64,000 bases of DNA from the human T2T-CHM13v2.0 reference genome, Homo sapiens, in NCBI RefSeq assembly GCF_009914755.1, contig NC_060933.1. The stretch is one strand, 5' to 3'. A program made the position numbers and the translations under genes. The notes below the pieces were generated by a model. The model saw only the letters and a list, made by a program, of their open reading frames with translations, ran no database searches and had not been told where the DNA came from. Positions 1 through 11,300 of the stretch are shown here, in pieces. Each line of letters starts with the position of its first letter. Position 1 is the first letter of the stretch.

Positions 1-2709
1 AATCTCAGAAACTTGTTTATGCTGTATCTACTCACGTAACAGTGTTGAACCTTTCTATTCTTAGAGCAGGTTTGAAACACTCTTTTTTTGGAATCTGCAT
101 GTGGACATTTGGATAGATTTGAGTATTTCGTTGGAAACGGGATTACATATAAATAGTAGACAGCAGCATTCTCAGAAACTTCTTTGTGATGTTTGCATTC
201 AAGTCACAGAGTTAAACATTCCCTCTCATAGAACAGGTTGGAAACACTCTTTTTGTAGTGTCTGGAAGTGGACATTTGCAACGGTATCAGGCCTATGGAT
301 GAAAAGGAAATATCTTCCCATAAAAACAAGATGGAAGCATCCTCAGAAACATATTTGTGATGTGTGTCCTCAGCTAACAAACTTGAACCTTTCTTTTGAT
401 ACAGCAGTTTTGAAACACTCTTTTTGGAGAATCTGCAAGTGGATATTTGGATACTTTTGAGGATGTCCTTGGCAACGGGATTACATATAAAAAGTAGAGA
501 GCAGCATTCTTAGAAACTTCTTTGTGATGTTTCCTTTCATGTCACAGATTTGAGCATTCCCTTTCATACAGCAGGTTTGAGACAGTCTTTTTGTAGTATC
601 TCGAAGTGGACATTTCGAGCTCTTTGAAGCCTATGGTGAAAAAGGAAATATCTTCCCATAAAAGCTAGAGAGAAGCATTCTCAGAATCATGTTTGTGACG
701 TGTGTACTCAACAAACAGAGTTGAACCTTTCTTTTGATAGAGGACCTTTGAAACACTCTTTTTGTAGAATCTGCAAGTGGATATTTGGATAGCTTTGAGG
801 ATTTCGTTGCAAACGGGGTTACATATAAAAAGTAGACAGCAGCATTCTGAGAAAATTTTGTGATGTTTGCATTCAAGTCACAGAGTTGAACATTCCCTTT
901 CATAGAGCAGGTTTGAAACACTCTTTTTGTAGTATCTGGAAGTGGACATTTCCAACACTGTCAGGCCTACGGTGAAAAAGGAAGTAGCTTCCCATAAAAA
1001 CAAGACAGAAGCATTCTCTGAAACTTATTTCTGATGTCTGTCCTCAACTAACGGATATGAAACTTTCTTTTTATGGAGCACTTTTGAAACACTGTTTTTG
1101 TAGTATCTGCAAGGGGATACTTGGATGGCTTTGACGATTTCATTGGAAACGAGAATATCTTCCCATAAAAACAAGACAGAAGCATTCCCAGAAACTTGTG
1201 ATGTGTGTCCTCAACTAACAGACTTGAACCATTCTTTTGATACATCTGTTTTGAAACAGTCTTTTTGTGGAATCTGCAAGTGGATATTTGGATAGCTTTG
1301 AGGATTTCGTTGGAAACGTGATTACATATAAAATATAGACAGCAGCATTTTCAGAAACTTCTTTGTGATGTTTCCATTCAAGTCACAGATTTGAACATTC
1401 CCTTTCATAGAGCAGGTTTGAGACACACTTTTTGTAGTATCTGGAAGTGGACTTTTGGAGAGATTTGTGGCCTATGGTAAAAAAGGAAGTATCTTCCCAT
1501 AAAAAAGAGATAGAAGCAATCTCAGAAACTTATTTAAGCTGTATCTACTAAACTAACCGTGTTCAACCATTCTACTGATAGAGCATGTGTGAAACACTCT
1601 TTTTTTGGAATCTGAATGTGCGTATTTAGATAGATTTGAGGATTTCGTTGCAAACGGGATTACATATAAAAAGTAGATAGCAGCATTCTCAGAAACTTCT
1701 TTCTGATATTTCCATTCAAGTCCCAGAGATGAGCACTCCATTTCATAGAGCAGGTTTGAAACGATCTTTTTGTAGTATCTGGAAGTGGACATTTCAAGCG
1801 CTTTCAGGACTATGTTGAGAAAGGTAGGGTCTTCTAATAAAAACTACACAGAAGCATTCTCAGAAACGTATTTGTGATGGGTGTCCTCAACTAACAGAGT
1901 TGAACGTTTGTTTTCATACAGCAGTTTGGTAACACTCTTTTTGTAGAAGCTACAAGTGTATATTTGAAGAGCTTTTAAAATTTCGTTGGAATCGGCAATA
2001 TCTTCATATAAAATCAAGACAAAAGCATTCTCAGAAACTTTTTTGTGATGTTTGCATTCAACTCATAGACTTGAACATTCCCTTTCATACAGCAGGTTTC
2101 AAACACTGTTTGTGTAATATGTGGAAATGGACATTTCCAGCGCTTCGAGGCCTGTGGTGAAGAAGGAAATATCTTCCCAAAAAAACTAGAAGAAAGCATT
2201 CTCAGAATCTTCTTAGAGATGTGTATACTCAATTAACAGAGTTGAACCTATCTTTTGGCAGAGTAGTTTTGAAACACACTTTTTGTACAATCGGCAAGTG
2301 AATATTCGGGTAGCATTGAGGTTTTCATTGGAAACGGATATATCTTCATATAAAATCAAGACAGAAGCTTTCTCAGAAACTCCTTTGTGATGTATGTCCT
2401 CAATTAACAGAGTTCAACCCTTGTTTGGATCCAGCATTTTGGAAAAATTCCTTTTGTAGAGTCTGCAAGAGGATATTTGGAAACCTTTGTAGATTTCATT
2501 GGAAAAGGGAATACTTTCAGATAAAATATAGACAGAAGCACACTCAGAAACTACTTTGTGATGTTTGCGTTCAACTCATTGAGTTGAACATTCCCTTTCA
2601 TAGAGTAGGTTTCAAATATTCTTTTTGTAGCATGTCGAAGTGGACATTTGGAACGCTTTCAGGCCTACGGTGTAAAAGGAAATATCTTCAGATAAAAACT
2701 AGACAGAAG
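1..2709 (+). repeat. Divergent alpha-satellite flank (degenerate dimeric/relic HOR layer) at the array edge
   Basis: Monomers carry many private substitutions and small indels and use ends such as AAAAGTAGACAGCAGCATT that are absent from the main HOR. Most CENP-B boxes are mutated (e.g. ~465, ~1138, ~1305, ~1981, ~2323, ~2494); those at 126, ~802 and ~1643 keep the 9-bp core. Confidence 0.85.
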
Positions 2710-3213
2710 CATTCTCAGAAACTTGTTTGTGATGTGTGTATTCAACTGAGTTGAACTTTCTTTTTACAGAGCAATTTTGAAACACTCTTTTTGTGGAATC
2801 TGAGAGTGGATATTTGGATAGCTTTGAGGATTTCGTTGGAAACGGGATTACATATAAACTCTAGAGAGAAGCATTCTCAGGAACTTCTTTGTGATGTTTG
2901 AATTCAAGTCACAGAATTGAACATTCCCTTTCATAGAGCAGGTTTGAAACACTCTTTCTGTAGTATCTGCAAGTGGACATTTCAAGCGCTTTCAGGCCTA
3001 TGGTGAGAAAGGAAATATCTTCAAATAAAAACTGGACATAAACATTCTCAGAAACTTATTAGTGATGTGTGTCCCCAACTAACAGAGTTGAACCTTTGTT
3101 TTGATACAGCATTTTGGAAACACTGTTTTTGTAGAATCTGCGGGTGGATATTTGGATAGCTTTGAAGATTTTGTTGGAAACGGAAATATCTTCATATAAA
3201 ATCAAGAAAGAAG
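2710..3213 (+). repeat. Transitional 3-mer (monomers A-B-C) preceding the first full HOR
   Basis: An A-type monomer (GTGGAATCTGAGAG..., short deletion near 2748) is followed by B (CAGGAAC...AGAATTGAAC) and C with a dead box (TTTTGTTGGAAACGGAA, ~3168), then a new A monomer at 3214. Confidence 0.75.
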
Positions 3214-3339
3214 CATTCTCAGAAGCTTGTTTGTGATGTGTGTATTCAACTAACAGAGATGAACCTTTCTTTTTACAGAGCAGTTTTAAAACACTCTTTT
3301 TGTGGAATCTGAAAGTGGATATTTGGATACCTTTGAGGA

Positions 3340-3356
3340 TTTCGTTGGAAACGGGA
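3340..3356 (+). other. CENP-B box, intact (representative of monomer A; intact boxes also in most C monomers)
   Basis: TTTCGTTGGAAACGGGA matches the 17-bp box with the essential core NTTCGNNNNANNCGGGN. Confidence 0.95.
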
Positions 3357-4015
3357 TTACATACAAAATCTAGAGAGAAGCATTCTCAGGAACTTCTTTG
3401 TGATGTTTGCATTCAAGTCACAGAACTGAACATTCCCTTTCATAGAGCATGTTTGAAACACTCTTTCTGTAGTATCTGCAACCGGACATTTCAAGCGCTT
3501 TCAGGCCTGTGGTGAGAAAGGAAATATCTTCAAATAAAAACTAGACAGAAGCATTCTCAGAAACTTATTTGCGATGTGTGTCCTCAACTAACAGAGTTGA
3601 ACCTTTGTTTGGATACAGCATTTTGGAAACATTCCTTTAGTAGTATCTGCAAGTTGATATTTAGATAGGAAGATTTCGTTGGAAACGGGAATCTCTTCAT
3701 ATAAAATCTAGACGGAAGCATTCTCAGAAACTTCTCTGTGATGTTTGCATTCAACTCATAGAGTGGAACACTTCCTTTCATAGAGCAGGTTTGAAACACT
3801 CTTTTTGTAATATTTGGAAGTGGACATTGGCAGCGCTTTGAGGCCTATGTTGAAAAAGGAAATATCTTCTCCTAAAAACCAGACAGAAGCATTCTCAGAA
3901 ACTTCCTTGTGATGTGTGTACTCAAGTAACAGAGATGAACTTTCCTTTTGACAGAGCAGTTTTGAAACACTCTTTTTGTAGAATCTGCAAGTGGATATTT
4001 TGATACCTTTGAGGA

Positions 4016-4032
4016 TTTCGTTGGACACGGGA
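4016..4032 (+). other. Variant CENP-B box in monomer E, core retained
   Basis: TTTCGTTGGACACGGGA: the A>C change is at a non-core position; TTCG, A and CGGG are preserved. Confidence 0.8.
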
Positions 4033-4185
4033 TATCTTCATATAAAATCTAGACAGAAGCATTCTCAGAAACTTCTTTGTGCTGTATGTCCTCAATTAAC
4101 AGAGTTGAACCTTTGTTTTGATACAGCATTCTGGAAACATTCCTTTAGTAGAATCTGCAAGTTGATATTTAGATAGCTAGGAAGA

Positions 4186-4202
4186 TTTCCTTGGAAACGG
4201 GA
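4186..4202 (+). other. Inactivated CENP-B box fixed in monomer F
   Basis: TTTCCTTGGAAACGGGA (TTCG>TTCC) in every F monomer inspected. Confidence 0.85.
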
Positions 4203-7200
4203 ATATCTTCATATAAAATCTAGACGGAAGCATTCTCAGAAACTGCTTTGTGATGTTTTCATTCAAGTCACAGAGTAGAATGTTCCCTTTTATAGAGCAG
4301 GTTTGAAACACTCTTTCTGCACTACCTGGAAGTGGACATTTGGAGCGCTTTGAGGCCTATGTTGAAAAAGGAAATATCTTCCCATAAAAACTAGACAGAA
4401 GCATTCTCAGAAACTTGTTTGTGATGTGTGTATTCAACTAACAGAGATGAACCTTTCTTTTTACAGAGCAGTTTTGAAACACTCTTTTTGTGGAATCTGA
4501 AAGTGGATATTTGGATAGCTTTGAGGATTTCGTTGGAAACGGGATTACATACAAAATCTAGAGAGAAGAATTCTCAGGAACTTCTTTGTGATGTTTGCAT
4601 TCACGTCACAGAACTGAACATTCCCTTTCATAGAGCATGTTTGAAACACTCTTTCTGTAGTATCTGCAACCGGACATTTCAAGCGCTTTCAGGCCTGTGG
4701 TGAGAAAGGAAATATCTTCAAATAAAAACTAGACAGAAGCATTCTCAGAAACTTATTTGCGATGTGTGTCCTCAACTAACAGAGTTGAACATTTGTTTGG
4801 ATACAGCATTTTGGAAACATTCCTTTAGTAGTATCTGCAAGTTGATATTTATATAGGAAGATTTCGTTGGAAACGGGAATCTCTTCATATAAAATCTAGA
4901 CGGAAGCATTCTCAGAAACTTCTCTGTGATGTTTGCTTTCAACTCATAGAGTGGAACACTTCCTTTCATAGAGCAGGTTTGAAACACTCTTTTTGTAATA
5001 TTTGGAAGCGGACATTGGCAGCGCTTTGAGGCCTATGGTGAAAAAGGAAATATCTTCTCCTAAAAACCAGACAGAAGCATTCTCATAAACTTCCTTGTGA
5101 TGTGTGTACTCAAGTAACAGAGATGAACCTTCCTTTTGACAGAGCAGTTTTGAAACACTCTTTTTGTAGAATCTGCAAGTGGATATTTTGATACCTTTGA
5201 GGATTTCGTTGGACACGGGATATCTTCATATAAAATCTAGACAGAAGCATTCTCAGAAACTTCTTTGTGCTGTATGTCCTCAATTAACAGAGTTGAACCT
5301 TTGTTTCGATACAGCATTTTGGAAACATTCCTTTAGTAGAATCTGCAAGTTGATATTTAGATAGCTAGGAAGATTTCCTTGGAAACGGGAATATCTTCAT
5401 ATAAAATCTAGACGGAAGCATTCTCAGAAACTGCTTTGTGATGTTTTCATTCAAGTAACAGAGTAGAATGTTCCCTTTTATAGAGCAGGTTTGAAACACT
5501 CTTTCTGCACTACCTGGAAGTGGACATTTGGAGCGCCTTGAGGCCTATGTTGAAAAAGGAAATATCTTCCCATAAAAACTAGACAGAAGCATTCTCAGAA
5601 ACTTGTTTGTGATGTGTGTATTCAACTAACAGAGATGAACCTTTCTTTTTACAGAGCAGTTTTGAAACACTCTTTTTGTGTAATCTGAAAGTGGATATTT
5701 GGATAGCTTTGAGGATTTCGTTGGAAACGGGATTACATATAAAATCTAGAGAGAAGAATTCTCAGGAACTTCTTTGTGATGTTTGCATTCACGTCACAGA
5801 ACTGAACATTCCCTTTCATAGAGCATGTTTGAAACACTCTTTCTGTAGTATCTGCAAGTGGATATTTCAAGCGCTTTCAGGCCTCTGGTGAGAAAGGAAA
5901 TATCTTCAAATAAAAACTGGACAGAAGCATTCTCAGAAACTTATTTGCGATGTGTGTCCTCAACTAACAGAGTTGAACCTTTGTTTTGATACAGCACTTT
6001 GGAAACACCCTTTTGGTAGAATCTGCAGGTGGATACTTGGATACCTTTGAAGGTTTCATTGGAAAGGGGAATATCTTCATATAAAATCAAGACAGAAGCA
6101 TTCTCAGAAAATTCTCTGTGATGTTTGCATTCAACTCATAGAGTGGAACACTTCCTTTCATAGAGCAGGTTTGAAACACTCTTTTTGTAATATTTGGAAG
6201 AGGACATTGGCAGCGCTTTGAGGCCTATGGTGAAAAAGGAAATATCTTCTCCTAAAAACCAGACAGAAGCATTCTCAGAAACTTCCTTGTGATGTGTGTA
6301 CTCAAGTAACAGAGTTGAACATTCCTTTTGACAGAGCCATTTTGAAACACTCTTTTTGTAGAATCTGCAAGTAGATATTTGGATACCTTTGACGATTTCG
6401 TTGGAAACGGGATATCTTCATATAAAACCAAGACAGAAGCATTCTCAGAAACTACTTTGTGCTGTATGTCCTCAATTAACAGAGTTGAACCTTTGTTTGG
6501 ATACAGCATTTTGGAAACATTCCTTTAGTAGAATCTGCAAGTTGATATTTAGATAGCTAGGAAGATTTCCTTGGAAACGGGAATATCTTCATATAAAATC
6601 TAGACGGAAGCATTCTAAGAAAGTGCTTTGTGACGTTTGCATTCAAGTCACAGAGTACAATATTCGCTTTTATGGAGCCGGTTTGAAACACTCTTTCTGC
6701 ACTACCTGGAAGTGGACATTTGGAGCGCTTTTAGGCCTATGTTGAAAAAGGAAATATCTTCCCATAAAAACTAGACAGAAGCATTCTCAGAAACTTGTTT
6801 GTGATATGTGTATTCAACTAACAGAGATGAACCTTTCTTTTTACAGAGCAGTTTTAAAACACTCTTTTTGTGGAATCTGAAAGTGGATATTTGGATAGCT
6901 TTGAGGATATCGTTGGAAACGGTATTACATATAAAATCTAGAGAGAAGAATTCTCAGGAACTTCTTTGTGATGTTTGAATTCAAGTCGCAGAACTGAACA
7001 TTCCCTTTCATAGAGCAGGTTTGAAACACTCTTTCTGTAGTATCTGCAAGCGGACGTTTCAAGCACTTTCAAGCCTATGGTAAGAAAGGAAATATCTTCA
7101 AATAATAACTAGACAGAAGCATTCTCAGAAACTTATTTGCGATGTGTGTCCTCAACTAACAGAGTTGAACTTTTGTTTTGATACAGCATTTTGGAAACAC

Positions 7201-7973
7201 TCTTTTTGTAGGATCTGCAGGTGGATATTTAGATAGCTTTGAAGGTTTCGTTGGAAACGGGAATATCTTCATATAAAATCAACACAGAAGCATTCTCAGA
7301 AACTTCTCTGTGATGTTTGCATTCAACTCATAGAGGTGAACACTTCCTTTCATAGAGCTGTTTTGAAACACTCTTTTTGTAATATTTGGAAGTGGACATT
7401 GGCAGCGCTTTCAGGCCTATGGTGAAAAAGGAAATATCTTCTCCTAAAAACCAGACAGAAGCATTCTCAGAAACTTCCTTGTGATGTGTGTACTCAAGTA
7501 ACAGAGTTGAACCTTACTTTTGAGAGAGCAGTTTTGAAACACTCTTTTTGTAGAATCTGCAAGTGGATATTTTGATAGCTTTGAAGATTTCGTTGGACAC
7601 GGGATATCTTCATATAAAATCTAGACTGAAGCATTCTCAGAAACTACTTTGTGCTGTATGTCCTCAATTAACAGAGTTGAACCTTTGTTTCGATTCAGCA
7701 TTTTGGAAACATTCCTTTGGTAGAATCTGCAAGTTGATAATTAGATAGCTAGGAAGATTTCCTTGGAAACGGGAATATCTTTATATAAAATCTAGACGGA
7801 AGCATTCTCAGAAACTGCTTTGTGATGTTTTCATTCAAGTCACAGAGTAGAATGTTCCCTTTTATAGAGCAGGTTTGAAACACTCTTTCTGCACTACCTG
7901 GAAGTGGACATTTGGAGCGCTTTGAGGCCTATGTTGAAAAAGGAAATATCTTCCCATAAAAACTAGACAGAAG

Positions 7974-8314
7974 CATTCTCAGAAACTTGTTTGTGATTTG
8001 TGTATTCAACTAACAGAGATGAACCTTTGTGTGGATACAGCATTTTGGAAACATTCCTTTACTAGAATCTGCAAGTTGATATTTAGATAGCTAGGAAGAT
8101 TTCCTTGGAAACGGGAATATCTTCATATAAAATCTAGACGGATGCATTCTCAGAAAGTGCCTTGTGATGTTTGCATTCAAGTCACAGAGTAGAATATTCC
8201 CTTTTATAGAGCAGGTTTGAAGCACTCTTTCTGCACTACCTGGAAGTGGACATTTGGAGCGCTTTGAGGCCTATGTTGAAAAAGGAAATATCTTCCCAAA
8301 AAACTAGACAGAAG
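7974..8314 (+). repeat. 2-mer HOR variant: A/F hybrid monomer + G
   Basis: The A start (TATTCAACTAACAGAGATGAACC) switches at ~8025 to the F body (TTTGTGTGGATACAGCATTTTGGAAACATTCCTTT...CTAGGAAGATTTCC); the unit is 341 bp. Confidence 0.85.
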
Positions 8315-11300
8315 CATTCTAAGAAACTTGTTTGTGATGTGTGTATTCAACTAACAGAGATGAACCTTTCTTCTTACAGAGCAGTTTTAAAACACTCTTT
8401 TTGTGGAATCTGAAATTGGATATTTGGATAGGTTTGAGGATTTCCTTGGAAACGGGATTACATATAAAATCTAGGGAGAAGCATTCTCAGCAACTTCTTT
8501 GTGATGTTTGCATTGAAGTCACAGAACTGAACATTCCCTTTCATAGAGCAGGTTTGAAACACTCTTTCTGTAGTATCTGCAAGCGGACATTTCAAACGAT
8601 TTCAGGCCTATGGTGAGAAAGGAAATATCTTCAAATAAAAACTAGACAAAAGCATTCTCAGAAACTTATTTGCGATGTGTGTCCTCAACGAACAGAGTTG
8701 AACCTTTGTTTTGATACAACATTTTGGAAACACTCTTTTGGTAGAATCTGCAGGTGGATATTTGGATAGGTTTGAAGGTTTCGTTGGAAACGGGAATATC
8801 TTCATATAAAATCAAGACAGAAGCACTCTCAGAAACTTCTCTGTGATGTTTGCATTCAACTCATAGAGTTGAACACTTCTCTTCATAGAGCAGGTTTGAA
8901 ACACTCTTTTTGTAATATTTGGAAGTGGACATTGGCAGCGCTTTGAGGCCTATGTTGAAAAAGGAAATATCTTCTCCTAAAAACCAGATAGAAGCATTCT
9001 CAGAAACTTCCTTGTGATGTGTGTACTCAAGTAACAGAGTTGAACCTTACTTTAGACAGAGCAGTTTTGAAACAGTCTTTTGGTAGAATCTGGAAGTAGA
9101 TATTTGGATACCTTGGAGGATTTCTTTGGAAACGGGATATCTTCATATAAAATCTAGACAGAAGAATTCTCAGAAACTTCTTTGTGCTGTATGTCCTCAA
9201 TAAACAGAGTTGAACCTTTGTGTGGATACAGCATTTTGGAAACATTCCTTTAGTAGAATCTGCAAGTTGATATTTAGATAGCTAGGAAGATTTCCTTGGA
9301 AACGGGAATATCTTCATATAAAATGTAGACGGAAGCATTCTCAGAAAGTGCTTTGTGATGTTTTCATTCAAGTCACAGAGTAGAATGTTCCCTTTCATAG
9401 AGCAGGTTTAAAACAGTCTGTGCACTCCCTGGAAGTGGACATTTGGAGCGGTTTGAGGCCTATATTGAAAAAGGAAATATCTTCCCATAAAAACTACACA
9501 GAAGCATTCTCAGAAACTTGTTTGTGATGTGTGTATTCAACTAACAGAGATGAACCTTTCTTTTTACAGAGCAGTTTTGAAACACTCTTATTGTGGTATC
9601 TGAAAGTGGATATTTCGATAGCTTTGAGGATTTCGTTGGAAACGGGATTACATATAAAATCTAGAGAGAAGCATTCTCAGGAACTTCTTTGTGATGTTTG
9701 CCTTCAAGTCACAGAACTGAACATTCCCTTTCATAGAGCAGGTTTGAAACACTCTTTCTGTAGTATCTGCAAGCGGACATTTCAAGCGCTTTCCCGCCTA
9801 TGGTTGAGAAAGGAAATATCTTCAAATGAAAACTAGACCGAAGCATTCTTAGAAACTTATTTGCGATGTGTCTCCTCAACTAAGAGAGTTGAACCTTTTT
9901 TTTGATACAGCATTTTGGAAACACTCTTTTGGTAGAATCTGCAGGTGGATACTAGGATAGCTTTGAAGGTTTCGTTGGAAACGGAAATATCTTCATATAA
10001 AATCAAGACAGAAGCATTCTCAGAAACTTCTCTGTGATGTTTGCATTCAACTCATAGTGTTGAACGCTTCGTTTAATAGAGCAGGTTTGAAACACCCTTT
10101 TTGTAATATTTGGAAGTGGACATTAGCAGCGCTTCGAGGCCTATGGTGAAAAAGGAAATATCTTCTCCTAAAAACCGGACGGAAGCATTCTCAGAAACTT
10201 CCTTGTGATGTGTGTACTCAAGTAACAGAGTTGAACCTTACTTTTGACAGAGCAGTTTTGAAACACTCTTTTTGTAGAATCTGCAAGTGGATATTTGGAT
10301 AGCTTTGAGGATTTGTTTGGAAACGGGATATCTTCATATAAAATCTAGACAGAAGCATTCTCAGAAACTTCTTTGTGCTGTATGTCCTCAATTAACAGAG
10401 TTGAACCTTTGTGTCGATACAGCATTTTCGAAACATGCCTTTAGTAGAATCTGCAAATTGATATTTAGATAGCTAGGAAGATTTCCCTGGAAACGGGAAT
10501 ATCTTCATATAAAATCTAGACGGAAGCATTCTCAGAAACTGCTTTGTGATGTTTTCATTCAAGTCACAGGGTAGAATGTTCCCTTTTATAGAGCAGGTTT
10601 GAAACACTCTTTCTGCACTACCTGGAAGTAGACATTTGGAGCGCTTTGAGGCCTATGTTGAAAATGGAAATATCTTCCCATAAAAACTAGACAGAAGCAT
10701 TCTCAGAAACTTGTTTGTGATGTGTGTATTCAACTAACAGAGATGAACGTTTGTTTTTACAGAGCAGTTTTAAAACACTCTTTTTGTGGAATCTGAAATT
10801 GGATATTTGGATAGCTTTGGGGATTTCGTTGGAATAGGGACTACATATAAAATCTAGGGAGAAGCATTCTCAGGAACTTCTTTGTGATGTATGCATTCAA
10901 GTCACAGAACTGAACATTCCCTTTCATAGAGCAGGTTTCAAGCACTCTTTCTGTAGTATCTGCAAGCCGACGTTTCAAGCGCTTTCAGGCCTATGGTGAG
11001 AAAGGAAATATCTTCAAATAAAAACTAGACAGAAGCATTCTCAGAAACTTATTTGCGATGTGTGTCCTCAACTAATAGAGTTGAACCTTTGATTTGATAC
11101 AGCATTTTGGAAACACTCTTTTTGTAGAATTTGCAGGTGGATACTTGGATACCTTTGAAGGTTTCGTAGGAAACGAGAATATCTTCATTATAAAATCAAG
11201 ACAGAAGCATTCTCAGAAACTTCTCTGTGATGTTTGCATTCAACTCATAGATTGGAACACTTCCTTTCATAGAGCAGGTTTGAAACACTCTTTTTGTAAT

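Noticed and set aside
3240-3515. Cys/His-rich peptides (LLCDVC, HSFCSIC) resembling zinc fingers
   Set aside because: There is no C2H2 spacing or TGEKP linker; this is a known artefact of alphoid translation.
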